Assembly (NCBI RefSeq): GCF_963921235.1 | Contig: NC_086097.1 | Span: 11,036,001 to 11,100,000, forward strand | Source of the DNA: Mobula hypostoma | Lineage: Eukaryota | Length of the DNA stretch: 64,000 nt | Direction: 5' to 3' | Part shown: in pieces, positions 11,672-23,821 of the stretch | Numbering within the stretch: the stretch's first letter is position 1 | Layout: each line of letters begins with the position of its first letter | Notes under the pieces: model-generated | The model's database searches: none | What the model was told of the DNA's origin: nothing | What the model saw: the letters and a program-made list of their open reading frames with translations, nothing else | Made by a program: the position numbers and the translations under genes

Positions 11672-12273
11672 AGGAGCAGGGATGTGATGTTGAGGTGCTG
11701 GTGAGACCTCACTTGGAGTACTGTGGATAGTTTTAGTCTCCTTACTTAAGAAAGGATGTGCTGACATTGGAGAGGGTACAGAGAAGATTCACTAGAATGA
11801 TTCCGGGAATGAGAGGGTTAACATATGAGGAACGTTTGTCCGCTCTTGGACTGTATTCCTTGGAGTTTAGAAGAATGAGGGGAGACCTCATAGAAACATT
11901 TTGAATGTTAAAAGGCATGGACATAGTGGATGTGACAAAGTTTTTTCCCATGGTGTGGGAGTCTAGTACGAGAGGGCATGACTTAAGGATTGAAGGGCGC
12001 CCATTCAGAACAGAAATGCGAAGAAATTTTTTTAGTCAGAGGGTGGTGAATCTATGGAATTTGTTGCCATAGGCAGCAGTGGAGGCCAAGTCATTGGGTG
12101 TATTTAAGGCAGAGATTGATAGGTATCTGAGTAGCCAGGGCATCAAAGGTTATGGTGAGAAGGCAGGGGAGTGGGACTAAATAGGAGAAAATGGATTAGC
12201 CCATGATAAAATGGCGGAGCAGACTCGATGGGCCGAATGGCCTACTTTGGTTCCTTTGTCTTATGAATCTTAT
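11672..12273 (+). mobile_element. CR1 3' fragment inserted in the 9.3-kb LINE
   Basis: LVRPHLEYC and FFSQRVVNLWNLLP; TCTTATGA tail; host GCACTGGATA|CTGCAAAG is split with GATA repeated on both sides. Confidence 0.88.
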
Positions 12274-12592
12274 GATACTGCAAAGGCTATGAGCTCAGAC
12301 AAAATCCAGGCCATAGTCCTGAAGATTTGCGCCCCAGAACTTGCCGCACCACTAGCCAAGATATTCTAGTACAGCTACAACACTGGCATCTACCCAGCGA
12401 TGTGGACTATTGCTCAAGTATGTCCTGTACACTAGAAACAGGACAAGTCCAATCCAGCATATTCTCAATCATCAGCAAGGTAATGGAAGGGGTCATCAAC
12501 AGTGTTATCATGTAGCACCTACTCGGCAATAACCTGCTTACGGATGCCCAGTTTGGGTTCCATCAAGACCACTCAGCTCCTGACCTCATCAC

Positions 12593-13210
12593 TGTGGTAA
12601 CATCTACTTTGAGAAAGACACACTCGACAACTTCATGCCAAAGAAACAACTTTATCTTGAACTTCAAAATGTTACATATATACAGAGGGCTTCACAACCC
12701 GTACGGCATGGTGGGAACACTATGTACATGAGGGCCACCAGAAGAACAACAAACGGAAGTAGACCCACCCTCACCTCCGATATCCTAATTAGTATTAACT
12801 TACTTTTAATTACGTTCACATTACAAGACTTCTCCCCCTTTGAAATCCAACATCCCCAAATGTAAAAAACTAGGAAATAAAAAACAGTGGTGTTATTAAC
12901 TTGCATACCCCTGTAAACTTAAACTAGTACCTTAGCAACAGTTTACCAATACAAAACATCTGGAAAACGTGACAGATTCAACATTCAATCTAACAACACA
13001 AGATAAATTGTCCCACCAAAGATTCAGTCTGTCAGGAGGTTTACGCGTGCGCTGTGATCTGCGCACTACCCCCGGTGGCCCAGCAGGCACCGCTGGTGAG
13101 GGTGTTTTGGGTGGATCTGGTGTTGGGGGCATGAGAGGGGTCTGTGTGTCTGCGTGAGGATGTCCTTCCTCTTCAGGGGACTCTGACCCCTCTGCCAGCA
13201 TCTTGCCCTC
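12593..13210 (-). mobile_element. Gypsy LTR retrotransposon 3' end: integrase tail, PPT and 233-bp 3' LTR
   Basis: Minus strand VVRRSQRTRKPPDRLNL motif; PPT AAAGGGGGAGAAG 12829-12841; LTR TGTAATG...TACCACA 12825->12593. Confidence 0.88.
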
Positions 13211-13530
13211 TGTTAATACTAATTAGGATATCGGGGGGGGGGGGGTCGACTTCTGTTTGTTGTTCTTCCGGTAGCCCTCATGTACATAGTGTTCCCGCCA
13301 TGCCGTACGGGTTGTGAAACTCTCTGTATATACGTAACGTTTTGAAGTTCGAGATAAAGTTGTTTCTTTGGGATGAAGTCGTCAAGTGTGTCTTTCTCAA
13401 AGTAGAAGTTGCCACATATTTTTTGGCGACGAGGTGAACTGGTTTGTGAACGTATCTGCACATTTTTCGAACGGGAGTTTTCGCGTTCAGTATGGCTACA
13501 TTTGGAACTATCTGTGAATTCCTGGAAGAA
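13211..13530 (+). mobile_element. Gypsy 5' end: LTR, PBS and gag start
   Basis: LTR TG..CA 13211-13416 homologous to 12593-12800 in inverted orientation; PBS TGGCGACGAGG 13424-13434 (complementary to the 3' end of vertebrate tRNA-Ser GCU, from recall); ATG 13492 MATFGTICEF. Confidence 0.85.
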
Positions 13531-14840
13531 GCCTTCGACATCAAGGCAGCATTTGACTGAGTATGGCATCAAGATGCCCAGCTAAAATGGAGTCAATGGG
13601 AATTAGGGGAAAGCCCTCCACTGGTTGCAATCATACCTGACATAAAGGAAGATGGTTGTGGTGGTTGGAGGTCAATCATCTCATCCTCAGGACAGCACTG
13701 CAGAAGTTCCTCAGGGAAGTGTCCTTGGAACAACCATCTTCAGCTGCTTCATTAATGACCTTCCTTCCATCTTAAGGTTAGAAGTGGGAATTTTCGCAGA
13801 TGACTGCATAGTATTCTGCACCATTTATGACTTCTCAGATGGTGAAGCAGTTCATACCCAAATGCAGAAGGACTAGACAATATCCAGGCTTGGGCTGACA
13901 AGTGGCAAGTAATGTTTGAGCCACTCAAGTGCCAGGCAATGACCATCTCCAACAAAAGAGGCTCTAACCATCGTCCCTTGACATTCAGTGGCATCGTCAT
14001 CACCGAATCCACCATAGCTACCAGAGCAGGTCAAAGGCTAAGAATCCTGTGACGTGTAACTCACCCCATGACTCCCCAAAGCCTGTCCACCATCTACAAG
14101 GCTCAGGTCAGGAGTGTAATGGAATATTCACCACTCACCTGGATGAGTGCAGCTCCATCCACACTCAAAGCTTGACACCATCCAGTACCAGGCAGCCCAC
14201 TTTATTGGTACCCCTTCCACAAGCATCCAATCCCTCCACCATTGACGAACAGTTGCAGCAGTGTGTATTATCTACAAGATGCACCGCAGCAATACACCAA
14301 ACTTCCGATGCCAGTGCCTTCCAGACCCATGACCACTACCATCTAGGACGGGAACAGTAGATACCTTAGAAAACCACCATTTGGAAATTCCCCTCCAAGT
14401 CTCTCACCATCATTGACTTGGAAATATATTGACTTTCCTTTATTATCGCTGGGTCAAAATCATGGAATTCCCTCCCAAACAGCACTGTGGGTGTACCTAC
14501 ACTTCAGGGACTCCAGAGGTTCAAAAAGGCAGCTCATCACCACCTACTCAAGGGCAACTAGGGATAGGCAATAATTGTTGGCTTAGACGGCGATGCCTAC
14601 ATCCCATAAATGAATAAATAAATAATAAACAGGACAAAAAATTCCACTTCCCTTCATAGATGTTGCCTGATCTGCTGAGTTCCTCCAGCATCTTGAGTGT
14701 GTTGCTTCATGTATAGTCATTATCATTATGTGCCATGTTGTATGATGTGGGCGATCAAAGTCTCGTGACCATGTTTGTTTTTGGCTAAATTTTCTACAGA
14801 AGTGGTTTGCCATTGTCTTCTTCTGGGCAGTATCTTTACA

Positions 14841-15342
14841 AACAGTTTGAGTTGTGTCTATTTTAACACAAGGAGTATTGTGAACAAAGTGGATGAGCTT
14901 AGAGCGTGGATCAGTACTTGGAGCTATGATGTGATGGCCATTACAGAGTCTTGGATGGCTCAGGGACAGGAATGGTTACTTCAAGTGCCGGGTTTTAGAT
15001 GTTTCAGAAAGGACAGGGAGGGAGGCGAAAGAGGTGGGGGCGTGGCACTGTTGATCAGAGATAGTGTCACGGCTGCAGAAAAGGTGGACATCATGGAGGG
15101 ATTGTCTACGGAGTCTCTGTGGGTGGAGGTTAGGAACAGGGAGGGGTCAATAACTTTATTGGGTGTTTTTTTATAGGCCGCCCAGTAATAACAGGGATAT
15201 TGAGGTGCAGATAGGGAAACAGATCCTGGAAAGGTGTAATAATAACAGAGTTGTTGTGATGGGAGATTTTAATTTCCCAAATATTGATTGGCACCTCCCC
15301 AGAGCAAGGGGTTTAGATGGGGTGGAGTTTGTTAGGTGTGTT
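14841..15342 (+). mobile_element. CR1 endonuclease fragment
   Basis: YFNTRSIVNKVDEL, AITESW, GGGVALLI, FYRPP, MGDFNFP. Confidence 0.9.
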
Positions 15343-15344
15343 TT

Positions 15345-15441
15345 TTAGATTAGATTATGAGGACACTCAGTCCTCATTTATTGTCATTTAGTAATGCAGG
15401 CATTAAGAAATGTTACAATGTTCCTCCAGTATGACATCACA
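15345..15441 (-). mobile_element. Family S1 SINE, 5'-truncated (tail only)
   Basis: TTAGATTAGATTATGAGGACACTCAGTCCTC matches 10043-10140. Confidence 0.8.
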
Positions 15442-16515
15442 TAGGGTGGGAATAAAGGGATCCTATTCTGATTGGTTGCTGGTTACTAGTGGTGTTCCGC
15501 AGGGGTCGGTGTTGGGGCCGCTTCTTTTTACGCTGTATATCGATGATTTGGATTATGAATTAAATGGTTTTGTGGCCAAGTTTGTGGATGACACCAAGAT
15601 AGGTGGAGGAGCAGGAAATGTTGAAGAAACGGAAAGGTTGCAGAGAGACTTAGTCAGTTTAGGAGAGTGGGCAAAGAAATGGCAGATGAGATACAACGTT
15701 GACATATGTACGGTTGTACATTTCGGAAGAAGAAATAATTGGGCAGATTATTATTTAGATGGGGAGAAAATTCAAAAATCGGAAGCGCAAAGGGACTTGG
15801 GGGTCCTCGTGCAGGATACCCTAAAGGTTAACCACCAAGTTGGATTGGCGGTAAGGAAAGCGAATGCTATGTTGGCATTCATTTCAAGAGGAATAGTGTA
15901 TAAGAGTAAGGAGGTGTTGATGAGGCTCTATGGGGCATTAGTAAGACCTCATTTGGAATACTGTGTGCAGTTTTGGGCCCCCTATCTTAGAAAGGATATA
16001 CTGATGTTGGAGAGAGTTCAGAGAAGATTTACGAGGATGATTCCTGGAATGCAGGGGCTAACATATGAGGAGCGTCTGTCGGCTCTTGGATTGTATTCAT
16101 TAGAGTATAGAAGAATGAGAGGGGATCTCATAGAAATGTTTCTAATGTTGAAAGGGTTGGACAGAGTAGATGTGGAAAGGTTGGTTCCCTTGGTGGGTGA
16201 GTCCAGGACAAGAGGCCATAGTCTTAGAATTAGAGGGTACCCAGTTAAAACAGATGAGGAGAAATTTTTTTAGCCAGAGGGTCGTGGATTTGTGGAATTC
16301 GTTGCCACATATGGTTGTGGAGGCCCGATCATTGAGGGTGTTTAAGGAGGAGATTGACAGGTATCTAATTAGTCAGGGTATCAAGGGATATGGGGAAAAA
16401 GCCGGAAATTGGAACTAGATGGGTGAATAGTTTAGCTCATGGGGGAGCTGTGGAGCAGACTCGATGGGCCGAATGGCCTACTTCTGCTCCTTTGTCTTGT
16501 GATCTTGTCTTGTGA
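15442..16515 (+). mobile_element. CR1 RT C-terminal fragment + 3' UTR
   Basis: ORF 15410-16273: GVPQGSVLGP, KFVDDTK, RPHLEYCVQFW; TCTTGTGA tail. Confidence 0.92.
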
Positions 16516-17083
16516 TTAATCGTGGAACTGAATTTAGGAGCCGAGAGGTAATGTTACAGCTATATAGACCCAGGTCAGACCCCACTTTGCGTACTGTGCT
16601 CAGTTCTGATCACCTCAATATAGGAAATATGCGGAAACCATAGAAAGGGTGCAGAGGAGATTTACAAGGATGTTGCCTGGATTAGGGAGCATGCATTATG
16701 AAAACAGGTTGAGCGAATTTGGTCTTTTCTCCTTGGAGTGACGGAGGATGAGAGGTGACCTGACAGAGGTGTACAAGATGATGAGAGGCATTGATCATGT
16801 GGATAGACAGAGGCTTTTTCCCAGGGCTGGAATGGTTGCCACAAGAGGACACAGGTTTAAGGTGCTGGGGAGTAGGTACAGAAGAGATGTCAGGGGTAAG
16901 TTTTTTACTCAGAGAGTGGTGAGTGCGTGGAATGGGCTGCCAGCAACAGTGGTGGAGGCGGATACGATCGGGTCTTTTAAGAGGCTTTTGGATAGGTACA
17001 TGGAGCTTAGAAAAATAGAGGGTAACTTTGTGGGCCGAAGGGCCTGTATTGTGCTGTAGGTTTTCTATGTTTCTATGTTTCTA
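16516..17083 (+). mobile_element. CR1 3' fragment
   Basis: ORF 16748-17059 MRGDL..TRGH..FFTQRVVSAWNGLP; (CTATGTTT)n tail. Confidence 0.9.
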
Positions 17084-17694
17084 AGATGGGTGACCCCAGC
17101 CATTATCTATACTCCTCAGAGATTTTCTGCCTGGCATCTGTAGTCACATAATCAGGACTTCTGAAATGCACCATATGCATATATGACCATCCACCACCTT
17201 CTCCCATAGCTTCACGCGACTCTGATCGGAGGAGGAGGGTCTAAGCAGGCGCTACAACTTGCCCGCGGGTGACCTGCAGGCTAGATGAGGGAAGGAACGC
17301 CTTCCACCTCCTCTGGGAGAGACAAATCCCATCCCCGCTTCACAAATAGGATGTTTGAATGTTTGCATCCGCAAGAAGCAGTAAATGTTATTAAATTAAT
17401 AATTATCAGAATCAGAATCCGTTTTAATATCATTGGCATCAGTCTATCAAGAAATTTGTTGTCCTGCAACAGCAGTACAATGCAACACATAATAATAACT
17501 ATAAATTACAAAAAGAAATATACTTAAAAAATTAATTAAGTAGTGCAAAAAGAGGAAAGAATCTGATGCTAGAGGGGATGAAACTGTTCCTGAAACAGTA
17601 AGTGTATGTCTTCAGGTTCCTGTACCTCCTCCTTGATGGTAGCAATGAGAAGAGGGCATGTCCTGGGTTATAGGGATTTTAAAGATAAGGTTAC

Positions 17695-18715
17695 GAGGAA
17701 TCCTGTAAGCGCCAGCCATCCTGAATCCCAGGTCATCTTTGACCTCCATAAGCTGTGATTCGAGCTTCCTTACAGGTTTGTGATGGTATTAATCCAGTGT
17801 TTCTTCAGAATCCTGGTGACCCTTCTAGGAACCGTGGAAATATAGGGAAGACAGGTGGTAGCGACAGGTTCCTCCTCATTGTTAGGTTTCCTGGTATTTC
17901 CATCGACCCTTTTAAGAGCCTGATTGATTTCTTTCACCTTGTAGCCATTCTGTTGGAAAGTTGCATGGAAACATCTTATTTCTTCGTGGACAATCTCCGG
18001 GTCGGAATTAGTTTTCGCATGGTTAATTAAAATAGAAAGAACCGCTCTACTTTGGGAGGCATGATGTTGCTGTTATTGTTGAGATACATGTCCAAGTGAG
18101 TTGGTTTCCGGTAGATGCCACATCCGAAGACACTGTCCGGTTTCCATCGTGTTAGAATGTCCAGGAATGGGAGGCAACCATTCTTCTCCATCTCCATCCT
18201 AAATTGAATATTTGGATTTTCAGATGAGCATGGGACTGTTGAAGTGCCTGAAGTCCGTAATGCCACACTAAATAAGTGTCATTGATGTATCTGAAGAAGC
18301 ATTTGAGGCGTAAGGACGATGAACTCAGAGTCCTCTCCTCAAAGTCCTCCATGTAGAAATTAATAATTGCCAGTGACAAGGTGATCCCATGGTCACTCCC
18401 TATGTTTGTTCATAGTTGTTCTCCACATGGAGGAAGGGCATTGATGTAAGGGTGTGTTCAAACAGGTCAATGATATCCTTATCAAACCTAGACTGCTGGA
18501 GGATCAAGATCTCTTTAATGAGAACTCTCGTGAACAGGGTCACCCTGTTGAAACTGACCATTATGTCCTCCAGCATCTGCTAGATTTTGGTTATAGCTTT
18601 AACGAAGTTGGTCTAATTTGTGATATGATGCTCACAGCCCCCAAAAAAGGGAGACAGTATGATCATTAAATGCTTAGCGAGGTAGTAAGTCGGAGAATCT
18701 AACCCACTGACTAAA
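17695..18715 (-). mobile_element. Poseidon-type Penelope-like element, RT/thumb fragment (pseudogene)
   Basis: GVTMGSP, NFYMEDFEE, FFRYIND (RYVDD), LPFLDIL, IYRKPTH. Confidence 0.88.
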
Positions 18716-18719
18716 CATC

Positions 18720-19532
18720 CACCATCACACCTCCCAAGTAGAGTAGTTCTTTCCACTTTAATTAACTGTGTAAAAGCTATTTCGTACCCGGAGAGGAAAG
18801 AAGATGATTACACACTATGTTCCGACAGAATGACGACAAGGTGAAGGAAATCAATCAGTCTCTTAAAATGACCAACAGAAAAACCAGGACACTTAACAAG
18901 ATGAAACCCATTACTACTTCCCTATATTTCCATGGTTTCCGGAAGGATCGCCAGGGTCCTGAAGAAATACTGGATTAATGCCATCCACAAACCTGTAAGG
19001 AAGCTCAAATCACAGCTTATGCAGGTTAAAGGTGACCTGGGACTCAGGATAGCTGGCGTTTACAGGATTCTCTGTGAATGCAGAGCAGCCTATATCGGCA
19101 CAGTGGAAACCCGAGTCAAGGGCCACAGGAGGTGTATCTTTTTGCGTTTCCCAGAGAAATCGGTGGTAGCAGAACAGTGCATTTGCAATGGCCATAGGAT
19201 TGACTTTGACGGCACAAAACTACTGTGCCATGTCAATGGCTTTAGGGACTGCCTGGTGAAGGAAGCCATTGAATAAAACAAGAGAAAAAGAATTTTAACA
19301 AAGATGGTCTTGCTCTAAGTAAGAACTGGAATTCGATTGTAAACAAGGTGGAGCTGCAGAAACCTGATTGGATGAGGTCTAACCAATCAGGAGGGATGGA
19401 CTATGAGGATAAAAATATCACCTGACTAGACCTGCCCTGCATCAACCTTGATGAAGATGGCAGAGTTTATCATCGAAATGTCGATTATAATTGATAACTG
19501 TATCCAGCTTGAAGCCTGAGAAGATTTTATCT
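18720..19532 (+). mobile_element. Poseidon-type Penelope-like element, GIY-YIG + 3' end
   Basis: ORF 18932-19276 AGVYRILCEC..AYIG..RVKGH..KSVVAEQ..LVKEAIE; decayed hammerhead 19444-19486. Confidence 0.88.
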
Positions 19533-19689
19533 GGGGTGACCAAAGCTGTATGCTTTGATAATGTGAGACTCAGCGGTCTATCATTCCCAGGATTTTCCCT
19601 TGCTCCCTTCTTAAATAGAGGTACAACATTAGCCACTCGCCATTCCTCTGGGGCCTTGCCTGTGCCCGGAGGGGACACAGCGATACTGG

Positions 19690-20270
19690 TGCAAACAGAC
19701 AAGGAAGGGAAAAGGGAGGGTTGGTGGAAAGAAGAGTCAGCTGAGGCAAGAGAAGGGTGAAGAAGGAGACAAAGGATGGAAGATGATGAGTGGAATTACG
19801 AGAGATGAAAATTCTGGTCTCTGATAACTGAGGAGGTGATCATTAGTACCATACTTTATAAGAGAGGGATGGTCAGTAGATGGAACCAGATGGGAAGCAG
19901 CTAGGAGACCCTGTGGGAAAAGAATGTGGGTAAAGATGGGTGGCTGGAGGAGAGGGAAGAAAGCATGATGGAGGGGAGGTAATAGAGGTAAAGGGGGTGT
20001 AGGTAGAAGGAGAGTGGGAGGACATAACTGGATCACAAGTTGAAAGAGCGAGAGGGAGAAACTCAGAAGGCAAAGGTTACCTGAAGTTAGAAACTTCAAT
20101 GCTCATACAGTTGGATTGCAGGGCAGAATATGAGGCATAGTTCTTCAAGTTTGCATTTGGCCTCACTCTGGCAGTAGAGAATGCCGAGAAAGGACACAGT
20201 GGGAGTGGGAAAGGGAGTTGAAATGGTATGCAACTGGGAGTTTTGGATGTCCAGAGCGAACAGAGTGCAG
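19690..20270 (-). mobile_element. Old Neptune-type Penelope-like 3' fragment
   Basis: Minus strand GILYCQSEAKCKLEELCLIF; pyrimidine-rich UTR like the family-A copies. Confidence 0.65.
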
Positions 20271-20639
20271 GAAGGAGGAATTGAATTCAGGATAGGTTGA
20301 GCTATCATCATATTCAATGGTTAAAAAAGGCTTGAGGAGCCATATGATATATTTCAGCTTTTATTGTGTCATATTCTTCTGAAATTTACTGGAATTAGTG
20401 ATCAGCGTGACCATTCACTTGAGTGCCAGAAATCCATTTTATGGGTACTTCAAGACAGTATATGCCAAAGTAAAATAATGGCATGACTTTCAATCACATA
20501 GCCACTTCTCTTAAATGATCTCCTAATATCCTTGTGGCAGTTTTTTTTTCTTCACCATTAAAATCCATCCTCCCACAAATGACCCCAAATTCATCCTTTT
20601 CACAGATTTAAAAATTTATGGGATAAAAGGAGAATAGAA

Positions 20640-22348
20640 TTCAGTCTCTGTGTCCAATTAATTAGGCCATTGGTTAATCGGGCAGCTGTTTATTTAGGAC
20701 AACTACTAAAGAACAAAAACTCATTGAGGAAACAGACGGTATTTCCTTCATTTATTTGGGACATTATGCCTCTTGAAAAAAGTTCAAACGCTTTACCAGT
20801 ATATATGATGAATAAACTTTTCTCAGGCTTCCAGCCAGATACAGGCATCGATTATAACTGAGGTTTCAATGACAAACTCTGCCATCTTCGTCAGGGATGA
20901 TGCCTGGGGCATGTCTAGTTCGGTGGTATTTATTCCCCCTGTAGTCTGTCCATCCTGATTGGTTAGTCCTCATCAAATCAGTTTTCTGCTTTCTCACCTT
21001 GTTTACAGTCGAATTCCATTTCTTACTAGAGCGAGATCTTCGTCTTTGTTAAAATTATTTTCTTCTACTTTTATTTCAATGGCTTCCTTTACCAGGCAGT
21101 TCCAAAAGCCATTGGTGCGGCACAGAAACTCAGTATTTCTTCAGGATCCTAGCAATCCTTCCAGAAACTATAATCTATTTCTGACTCAGAGAGTCTCCCT
21201 GGGGAAATAAGACGATTATGCACAACATTCCTACAGAACGGCTACAAGGTGAAGGAAATAAATCTGACCCTTAAAAGGTCCAATGGATAAACCAGGAAAC
21301 CTAAAAATGAGGAGGAGCCCATTCATTGCTACCGCTTGTCTTCCAATATTTTCACAGTTTCTGGAAGGATTGCCAGGATCTTGAAAAAATACCAGATTAA
21401 TACCATCCATAAACCCATAAGGAAGCTCAAATCACAGCTAATGTGGGTTAAAGGTGATTTACGATTCTGGTCGGCTGGCATTTGCAGGATTCCCTATGAA
21501 TGCAGATCAGCATACGTAGGCCTGATGGGATGCACAGTGGAAACCTGCATCGAGGATCACAGGAGGTGTATCCATTTGGGTTACCTGGAGAAATTGGCAG
21601 TAGAACATTGCATTCGCCATGGCTATAGGATTGACTTTGACGGCACAAAACTACTGTGTCATGCCAATGGCTTTTGGGAACACTTGGTAAAGGAAGTAAA
21701 ACTAGAGGAAATTAATTTTTAAAAAGATGGAGGTCTTGCTCTATGTAAGAACTGGAATTTAATTGTAAACAAGGTGGGAGAGTGGAAACCTGATTAGACG
21801 AGGACTAATCAGGAGGGATGGGAAAAAGGGGGCATAAATACCACTGAACTAGACATGCCCAGGTATCATCCTTGATGAGGATGGCAGAGTTTGCAGTGGT
21901 TGTTAGACACTTACTGTGCTTAGAGCGAACTGTTTAAAATAGCGTCAGTTGGTTGCGTATGCTTCTATTATGTGATTAATTTGGGCCGATGAATGCTAAA
22001 TTAAAAAGCAGTGATTTTTGACACTACTTCATGCAGGAAGGCAATGAAGGCAATCCATTATCTGCACTTGTTGTCAGTGTTGGTTTGGTTCATTTACAGT
22101 CAATCAAATCAACACAACAGCGTACACTGTGTGAATTCCTCTGCCAATTACTGTTAGGAACTAATACACAGTTTTATAGTACTGTATTGGTAGGATTTGA
22201 TCTGTATTTCATTAAAATACATATTTTGTTACTCTGTTAAGTGGTAGTTTGTCTTTTTAAAACTATTTCCATGAAACTTCGGCTAATTAGGACAGCTGCT
22301 TAATTGGGCCAAAATGTACTGGTCCCAATGAACCGGAATCCGATGTAT
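20640..22348. mobile_element. pogo/Tigger-like MITE interrupted by family-B Penelope-like element
   Basis: Right end GTCCCAATGAACCGGAATCCGATG+TA; subterminal repeats TTAATCGGGCAGCTG / CTAATTAGGACAGCTGCTTAATTGGG at both ends. Confidence 0.5.
20808..21895. mobile_element. Poseidon-type Penelope-like element: inverted 3' end (20808-21160, -) joined to + copy (21165-21895)
   Basis: ORF 21336-21722 AGICRIPYEC..YVG..EDH; minus copy carries CTGACGA..GAAAC at 20856-20899. Confidence 0.86.
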
Positions 22349-23254
22349 TCCCTTAATCCAGCTCACTGTCCAGAGCCTTATCATTCTGGTCCTTTTGGAT
22401 TTCTATTTAAGGTGAAAAGTTAAAAGTTCAAAGTTCAAAGTAAATTTATTATCAAAATACATACCTCACCATAAACTAATCTGAGTTTCATTTTCCTGCA
22501 AGGATTCACATGAGAACAAAGAAATACTATAGAATCAATGTAAAACCACATTGACCAGAGATAGTGGTATGTTCCGTCTGTGAGATGTGGGAACTCCAGG
22601 TGACCTCCAGTCTCCCTGATACTGTAACTACATCTGCACAAAGTGCATCAAAGTCCTACTCCTTCGAGACCATGTTAAGGAACTGGAGTTGCAGCTGGAT
22701 GAGCTTCAGTTCATACGGGAAACTGAGGGGGTGATGGGTAGGAGCTACAGGGAAGTACTCACCTCTGAGTTGCAGGGGGCAGTTACCTGGGTGACTGTCA
22801 GGAGAGGGAGAGAGAATAGGTAGCCAGTGCAGAGTATCCTGTGGCTATTCCCCTCAACAATAAGTGTACTACTCGGGATACTGTTGGGAGGAACAACCTA
22901 CCGAGGGGGATCCACAGAGACCTGGTCTCTGACATTAAGTCTGGCTTTGTGGATCAGAAGGCCAAGAGGGAAAAGAGGGCTGCAATAGTGACAGTGGATT
23001 CCATAATTAGAGGAGCAGACACAAGGTTCTGTGGACATGAAAGAGACACCAAGAATATTCGTAGCCTCCCAGGTGCAACGGTCAGGGATATTTTGGATCA
23101 GATCTGCAGCATTCTAAGCAGGGAGGGTGAACAGCTGGAAGTCGTGGTACATATTGGGACCAACGACATTAGTAGGAAAAAGGAGGGGTTCCTGAGGAGA
23201 GAACATAGGGAGATTGGTAGTAAGCTGAAAAGTAAGACTTCCAGGGTAGTAATA

Positions 23255-23821
23255 CTTCCATAGTTCAATTGTTCCATTTAATATGAAAGAATATATGCGA
23301 TATATGACCTCCACAATAGACGACCTTCGCAGATATCCACAAAACAAAAAAAAACAAAGAATGAATGACAGAAAAACGTTAGAACCCCAAGCCCACAGCC
23401 CACTCCCACGCACAAGCAGCTCCAAGGCATCAACCCTCCCCCCTCCCCCTCCTCCCACTTGTCCCAGCAGGAGGCATCAACACTCACCACCCACCAAGTA
23501 AGCAGTAATAAAACCACCAAAGAGAGACCATGATCTGCAGTCCAACAAAAACCATTGTTCACCCAACATGCCACAGGCTCTCTCTCCAATAACAAGGGAC
23601 AGAGAGGTGCCCTTCAACAGCAGGAGGGGAGACTCTGGAGAGGAATTAAGTTCAGAGGGCCGTGCTAGGCCACACCCCGAGGCGCCCATCTTACAAGCTG
23701 CTCCTGGAGATATCGAAAAATGGCTGGATGGCAAGCTTTGGAAATGGAAACCCGCCACAGTAAGAACAATTATGGTCTCCAACAGAACCCCATCCACCTT
23801 GAAAAGGAAAAATAACATTAA
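23255..23821 (-). mobile_element. Non-coding LINE-derived SINE-like insertion in the CR1 esterase region
   Basis: Splits RVVI|SGLLPV; minus strand has AAGATGGGCGCC, a GT-rich body and an ATTAAATGGAAC end. Confidence 0.6.

Larger units (their letters stand above)
9300..14629 (+). mobile_element. Apparently full-length, decayed CR1-group LINE (second family) with tRNA-like head, interrupted by three insertions
   Basis: EN: NIWGL, PDIVVLRES, IPGY, WAGDVN; RT: QFGF, FDIKAAFD*VWH, VPQGSVLG, IFADD; 3' UTR ..AGGGCAACTAGGGATAGGCAATAA.. with (TAAA)n tail. Confidence 0.85.
14715..17315 (-). mobile_element. RTE-related SINE (family S2) split into 14715-14840 and 17084-17315 by a nested CR1 stack
   Basis: TCTTTACA|AGATGGGTGACCCC rejoins seamlessly; intact homologues at 40015, 43125 and 50990. 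Confidence 0.8.

Noticed and set aside
22841..23263. Cellular SGNH/GDSL esterase gene
   Set aside because: It is the esterase domain of CR1 ORF1, with the GDS motif degenerate and split by an insertion
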